From Camelus ferus (Eukaryota), in the NCBI RefSeq assembly GCF_009834535.1, contig NC_045711.1, positions 11,780,001 to 11,844,000 of the forward strand: a stretch of DNA of 64,000 nucleotides, written 5' to 3'. Shown piece after piece: positions 58,339 through 64,000 of this stretch (its first letter is position 1; the number at the start of each line of letters is the position of its first letter). A program made the position numbers and the translations under genes. The notes under the pieces were generated by a model. The model did not search any database, was not told where the DNA came from, and saw nothing but the letters and a program-made list of their open reading frames with translations.

Positions 58339-59349
58339 ATGACGGTCAAGCTGGATTTCGAGGAGTGTCTTAAGGACTCGCCCCGCTTCCGGTAAGTGTG
58401 CACAGGTCTGGGGGACAAAGGGTGGGAGGTCCGACACCCCCCAATGTGTACCCACAACCTTCCCCAAGTCGGATGTCCTTCCAGGGAGTAAGTCTCAGAA
58501 AGGGACAAGATGGAGCATCTGGGCCAAAGCAGTACCATTACTATCAAATCTGGTGCTGTGATCCATGTGTGAAGGGGCCTCTCCAGCCTCTCTCACCCCT
58601 AGAGCTGGCATTCCCTCCTCCCTCTCTCAGGGACCCCTGCCCCTCCCCCAGCACCTGCTCTGGGCGGTTAGCAACTTCCTGCCCTCGCCACATCCACCCT
58701 CCTTCTACCCTTCCTGCTCTGGCCTGGGCCACGGTGGCTCTGGTACAGTGAGCAAGCAAGAGAGGTTGGGTGGGCAGTTCTTAACCCATTAGCTTTTTCT
58801 GCCTGTATCCTCCATCCCCGAACCCCAACCCCCACCTCCCTGCCGACGCTGCCCAGGCGGAGGTGGACAGACCAGATGGATGCAAGCTCTGTTCCTATCC
58901 CATTCCTCCTTCCCCAGAGCCTCTATCGAGCTGGTGGAAACTGAAGTGTCGGAATTGGAGACGCGGCTGGAAAAGGTGATCCTGAAGTGGAGAGGTGACC
59001 CAGGAGGGAATTAAAATGAGAAGGGTGGGGCCAGGGAGACACTTGGAGACCGAGAATGAGTGCAAGGGATGACTGAATACAAACCAGGCTGGGTAGATAC
59101 TTGGGGGCTACAAAGAAGCCCAAAGGCAGTTCTGTACCCTGAAGGAGCTTGTGATCTTGAAAGGCAAGATTCACCTGTGAACTTACTTGGTCAGCTCTGG
59201 GGCCCTGTATTATGCGGGACTCTGGGTGCCGCAGGGAGAGCAAGACTGTTTCTGCCCCCAGGGAGCCCACAGACTGCCTGGAAAACAAACCTGTAAAACA
59301 CTTCAACACAAGACAGTAAGGCCTTCCTGGCCGCTGTGTAAAACTGCCT

Positions 59350-59385
<36 letters not shown>

Positions 59386-62300
59386 CCATCCCCCTTACTT
59401 GGCTTTATGTAGCATTTATCTCAGTCTTACATGTCACGTTTACTTGCTGTATTAGTTTTCTATTGCCATCTGACAAATGATTACAAATCCAGTGACTTTA
59501 AACCACGCACATGTGTTACAGTTGCAGTGGGTCAGGAGTCGGGCACAGCTGAGCGGGTCCTCTGCTCAAGGTCCCAGAGGCTGCAGCCAAGGTGCCGGTG
59601 GAGGCTGCAGTCCCCTCTGAAGCTCGGGGTTTTCTTCTGGCCTCACACGATTGTTGGCAGCATTCAGTTCCTCGCTATTGCCTGGTTGAGGCCCTCATCT
59701 CCTAGAGGTTACTCACAGTCCCCTGCCACGGGGCCCTGTCCACAGGCAGTTTACTTGGTAGCCTCTTCGAGGCCAGCAGGAGAGTGCCCCGTGTGCGTGC
59801 TGGCCCGGTGCCATCAGTTTCTGTCAGAATGCGCCCACAGGCCTCACTCATCCACACACAAGGGGAGGGTTACTCAAGGCTGAGACTCATTAGGGGTCTC
59901 CTTAACCCATGTCTGTCATGCTTGCCGATTTTTTTTTTTTTTTGTCTGCTTTTCCCCACTGGAATGTAGCTGTCATGAGGGACTTTTATGTTTTGTTTTT
60001 GCTCAATCCTAGTGCCTATACGATAGATAGCTTGAATGTTGGTAGGTGCCCAATTAATACATATTTTTTCACTAATCTTTTTATTTTTAGTTAATTGTAG
60101 ACTCACAAGAAGTTGCAAAAATAGTCCAGAGAGGTCCCATGTCCTCATCTCCCAGCCTCCCCCAGTGGCAGCATCTCATTTAACTCTAGTATGCTCCCAG
60201 ACCGGGAGATGATATTTTTATGATACAATGAACTGTTGAAAGACTTTACTTGGATTTTACCAGTTTTCCATATGCTCTTAAAAAAAAATCTTTGTGTATA
60301 ATTCAGTGGCACTTTGTCACAAGTGTAGATTCTTATAACCAGCATCACATTCAAGATATAAAACTCCTATCACCACAGAGGAACTCCTTTGTAATGTCCT
60401 TTGTCATGATACCTTCCTTCCCTTCCTTATCCATGACAACCACTCTTCTGTTTTTTGGATCTCTAGACTTTTGTCATTTTTAAATTCTAATATAAGTGAA
60501 ATCAACCAGTATGTGACCTTTCAAGACTGGCTTTTTTTTCCCACTCAGAATAACATCCTTGAGTTTTATTCAAGTTGTTGCAGATCAGTAGTTATTAGCA
60601 GTTCATTATGAATAGTTACATGTATGAATAGCTTGTTCCTTTTGCATTACTGAGTACCAGTTCCATTCCATTATATGGAAGTATCAGTTTGTCACTGGTT
60701 CCGTCTTATGAAAGTTCCTTATTCAGATCTATCTGGGAAGGTGAGGTGGGTAAGGAAAAAACTGAACCCTCAGTCCCCTAGCTCCACACAGTGGGGTTGT
60801 GAGCACCTTGTTGTGGACACCTGATGGTGATACCTGATAAGGTTTGATCGTGGTCAGTTTCCTGACCATTACTGACCCTCCCAGTTATCTTCAAGTCAAA
60901 CTGTATTTCCCTGAAGCATTCACTAGCCCTAAAAAGTGTTTTTCAGTTCAACAAAAGTTCAGTGAGCAGCTATGGAGCCCACTGAGTCTCTGCTGCCCAG
61001 GATTTCCTTATAGAACCTCCCTGGTGGTTTCCTGTTCCCTGGGCCAAGCTCACGGGCTCCCCAGATACTCCATCCCAGATATGGTGACTCAGGCTAGAGC
61101 CAATGGTGTTACCTGTGGAGCAGTGCAGTTCCTGCAGGTAACAAGGGCCAGGGGTCAGAAGAGCTCGCTTTGGCTTCTGGCTCAGCCACCTGGCTCTTCC
61201 AGAGATCCTCCTCCGGACAGTCACTTGTGCCCTTGTTTATCAAGCCTCCCTGTTGGTAACTGGGACCAGACAGAATGTGTCCTGGAAGCATCCTAACATG
61301 CCATCTTTGCCCTGACCCATCTTTGCCCTGCTGAGCAATTAATACTTATGAGGGGATGGTCAGTAAGCATAGGATGGACAACTCCAGACAGTAAATAGTG
61401 TAGAATTGAACACCAACCAGGTAGAGTAATCACCCTGTGAGCCAGACAGTGTGTGAGGATGGAGTTTCTGGGAAACTGTAGCTCCAAGCAGCTGGAGCAG
61501 GGCAGGGACAGACATCTGCAAGTGGCAGAGAAAGACGTTATGGAGGTAAAGCTGATGCTGGCGTGGGTGACAGGCTGGGAGGAATTCTGTTCCAGGCACA
61601 GAACAGTGGGAGCAAAGAAACAGCTGGGAAAGCACCACGTGTGTGTTAGAAACTGGACTGGGCTGCAGAGAGGTGGAGGTGAGGTGGGGGAAGGAGGGGC
61701 ACAGCCCTGGGAAAGGCAAGAGGAAGTAGAACAGGAGCAGGGGTGTCACTGGGTAGTGGTGGCAACTGGCATGACTCCCTGTTGCCCTGTGGCTTCCTAG
61801 CTCCTCAAGCTGGGGAATGGCCTCCTGGAGAGCGGGCGCCACTACCTTGCCGCCAGCCGCGCCTTCATTGTTGGCATTTGTGACCTGGCCCACCTGGGGC
61901 CCCCAGAGCCCATGATGGCGGTATGTGGAGGGTCCTAACCAGGGTGGGGCGGGGTCTGGGATGTGGAGAGGTCCTGTGGGAAGGGAGGGTTGGTCTGGGG
62001 TCCGCAGGTCCCAGGCAGACTGGGGAGCGCGCCATCTGAGACAGGCCCAGCAGGCTGAGTCTAAGATGGGTGGGCCCTCCCAGGGTGGGCCCTCCCACCC
62101 CACGCCTGGTGCTCTCTCTCTGTCTCTTCTTGCCTAGGAGTGTCTGGACAAATTCACTCAGAGCCTGAGCCACAAGCTGGACAGCCACGCAGTAAGTGGG
62201 GGTAACTGGTGGGGGGGGGGGAACAGGTCGTCTGTGGTCCTGAGCCCCACATGCCAATTTCTGCTTCCCCTCAGGAGCTTCTAGATGCCACCCAGCACAC

Positions 62301-63521
62301 ACTGCAGCAGCAAATCCAAACCCTGGTCAAGGAGTGAGTTGAGAGGGAGACCAGTCCTCCAGTCCCCTTCCCGTTACCACAGGGGCCTCCCTGAATGAAG
62401 GAGTTGTGAGACTGGGGGATTCTGGTAGCCTGACTGTTATCCCCATCCCAAGGATCCCCTTGGACTTCTGCCTGTACAGAGGCTAGCTGAAAGGCTGAGG
62501 GAGCCCCAGGGGTTTCTCTGCCGGGGGCAGACGGGTGTATCAGTGATTCGGTGATATCCCCCCACCCCAGAGGTCTCCGAGGCTTCCGAGAGGCTCGCAG
62601 GGATTTCTGGAAGGGAGCTGAGAGCCTCGAGGCTGCTCTTATCCACAATGCAGAAGTCCCCAGGCGCCGGGCCCAGGAGGCCGAAGAGGCAGGAGCTGCT
62701 TTGAAGATTGCTAGAGCTGGGTACCGAGGACGGGCACTGGATTATGCCCTGCAGGTGCCTGCCCTCGCCTGTCCTCCTGGGGTGCCAGGGCCTCAGTCAC
62801 CTCTAGGCTGAAGAGTCCCTGGCGTGCAGTGGGAGGAGGGCATCTGTGTTTTCAAGACTGACCCGAGGTCTTTTGGGCTCTCAGATCAACGTGATTGAGG
62901 ACAAGAGGAAGTTTGACATCATGGAGTTTGTGAGTTGCAGTGGCCAGGGCAGGGTGGGGAGGAGCCTGCTGATGGAGAGTTGGAGGGAAGAGGGAAAGAG
63001 AGAGGGGTCTGCCCCCTGCCTACCTTGTCCCCCAGGTGCTGCGTTTGGTGGAGGCCCAGGCTACCCATTTCCAGCAGGGCCATGAGGAGCTAAGCCAGCT
63101 GGCCCAGTACCGCAAGGAGCTGGGTGGCCAGGTAGTGCTCCAGGCAGCAGGGAGGTGGAGGAGGGAGGGTAGGGGCTTGGAGAGGACACTCCTGATCTAG
63201 TTGGGGGAGCCCGGGGCCATCTGAGATGCCCCTCCTGTGCTCAGTTACACCGGCTGGTCTTGAATTCAGCTCGAGAGAAGAGGGACATGGAGCAGAGACA
63301 CGTGCTGCTGAAACAGAAGGTGAGGGCTGAGGCTGTAGGCAGGAGGCAGACGGGCCTGGGGCCTTGGTGTCTGCCCACTTCAGTTGCCTTTTGACCCTCT
63401 TGTGCCTCCAGGAGCTGGGTGGGGAGGAGCCAGAGCCAAGCCTAAGGGAGGGGTCTGGTGGCCTGGTCATGGAAGGACATCTCTTCAAACGAGCCAGCAA
63501 CGCATTTAAGACCTGGAGCAG
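58339..63521 (+). CDS. ACAP1: ArfGAP with coiled-coil, ankyrin repeat and PH domains 1 (centaurin beta-1), 5' part (BAR domain, start of PH); gene continues beyond the window
   Basis: Exons 58339-58391, 58918-58975, 61801-61920, 62138-62191, 62275-62333, 62571-62754, 62885-62929, 63036-63131, 63245-63319, 63412-63521; MTVKLDFEECLKDSPRFRASIELVE... to ...EGHLFKRASNAFKTWSR. Confidence 0.97.
59357..59382 (+). repeat. (CA)n microsatellite in ACAP1 intron 2
   Basis: About 13 CA units. Confidence 0.95.
59447..59900. mobile_element. MaLR (MLT1-type) solo LTR
   Basis: tattagttttctattgc...acagttgcagtgggtcaggagtc...ctctgctcaagg...ggctgcagtc...ttgttggcagcattcagttcct are MLT1 LTR hallmarks. Confidence 0.7.
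60060..60700 (-). mobile_element. L1 3' end fragment
   Basis: tagactcacaagaagttgcaaaaatagt...cacattcaagatataaaac...gtgacctttcaagactggctttttttcccactcagaataa. Confidence 0.75.
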
Positions 63522-63589
63522 GTGAGGAGCAGACATCCCAAACAACCAAACCCATCGGATTATATTATTTTGAATGGTTATAGTGTGTT

Positions 63590-64000
63590 AAATACAGCCA
63601 GGAAAAACAGACACACCCCCTTCCTTCAGAGGGTTCACATTCCATCAGCAAAGACAGACAATAATATGATAATTAGGTAAGTTGTATGTTATATTAGTAG
63701 AAGGTAAAAGTGCCATGGGGGGGAAATAATAAAGCCAGCAATGTGGAGAGCTGGGGAGAGGTGCAACTTTAAATAGGGTAGTCAGCGTAGGCCTCGTGAA
63801 GAGGTGACTTCTGAGTGAAGACTGAAAGGATATCTGGGGAAGAATGTTCTAGGCAGAAGGAGAAGCGAGCGCCAAGGCCCTGAGGAACCTAGAGCGTCCA
63901 TGGGTGTGGACAGAGGGAGGGAGGAGGAAGTGGTTGTAGGTGAAGTTGGAGCTAATGGTGGTGTGAATCATGATGGGCCTTGCTGGCTTTCAGAAGGGCC
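63590..64000 (-). mobile_element. L2 fragment in ACAP1 intron 10
   Basis: cccccttccttcagagggttcacattcca...gaagaggtgacttctgagtgaagactgaa...gaatgttctaggcaga, typical of L2. Confidence 0.6.

Noticed and set aside
1-64000. CRISPR arrays, rRNA genes, prokaryote-type systems
   Set aside because: No regularly spaced repeat-spacer arrays or rRNA similarity; the window is intron-rich mammalian DNA.

Overview
Mammalian genomic DNA carrying the conserved SLC2A4 - YBX2 - EIF5A - GPS2 - NEURL4 - (PPP1R2-like) - ACAP1 gene cluster (syntenic with human 17p13.1). It is probably from a camelid, inferred from many tRNA-Ala-derived Vic-1-like SINEs. Exon-intron structures were traced by hand with GT-AG boundaries and reading phase. 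SLC2A4 (+) has 11 coding exons and 509 aa if the gapped exon 10 is the usual 204 bp. YBX2 (-) is 360 aa, GPS2 (-) is 327 aa, NEURL4 (-) has about 29 exons and about 1560 aa, EIF5A (+) has exons 1-3 largely hidden by N gaps, and ACAP1 (+) exons 1-10 run off the window. The most interesting element is an intact-looking gene of about 9 exons and 496-509 aa between NEURL4 and ACAP1. It carries all three PP1-binding motifs of protein phosphatase inhibitor-2 plus long N- and C-terminal extensions with internal repeats. By position next to ACAP1 and exon phase it looks like the whole-genome-duplication paralogue of PPP1R2. Also notable: a conserved EIF5A isoform-A N-terminal-extension exon, a homotypic TTTACGRC cluster in the NEURL4 promoter, a poly(A)-only retro-insertion and an anticodon-arm-less SINE. 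Nine N gaps, seven of them on conserved exons, limit what can be seen. Comparisons with human and mouse genes are from memory and need database confirmation.
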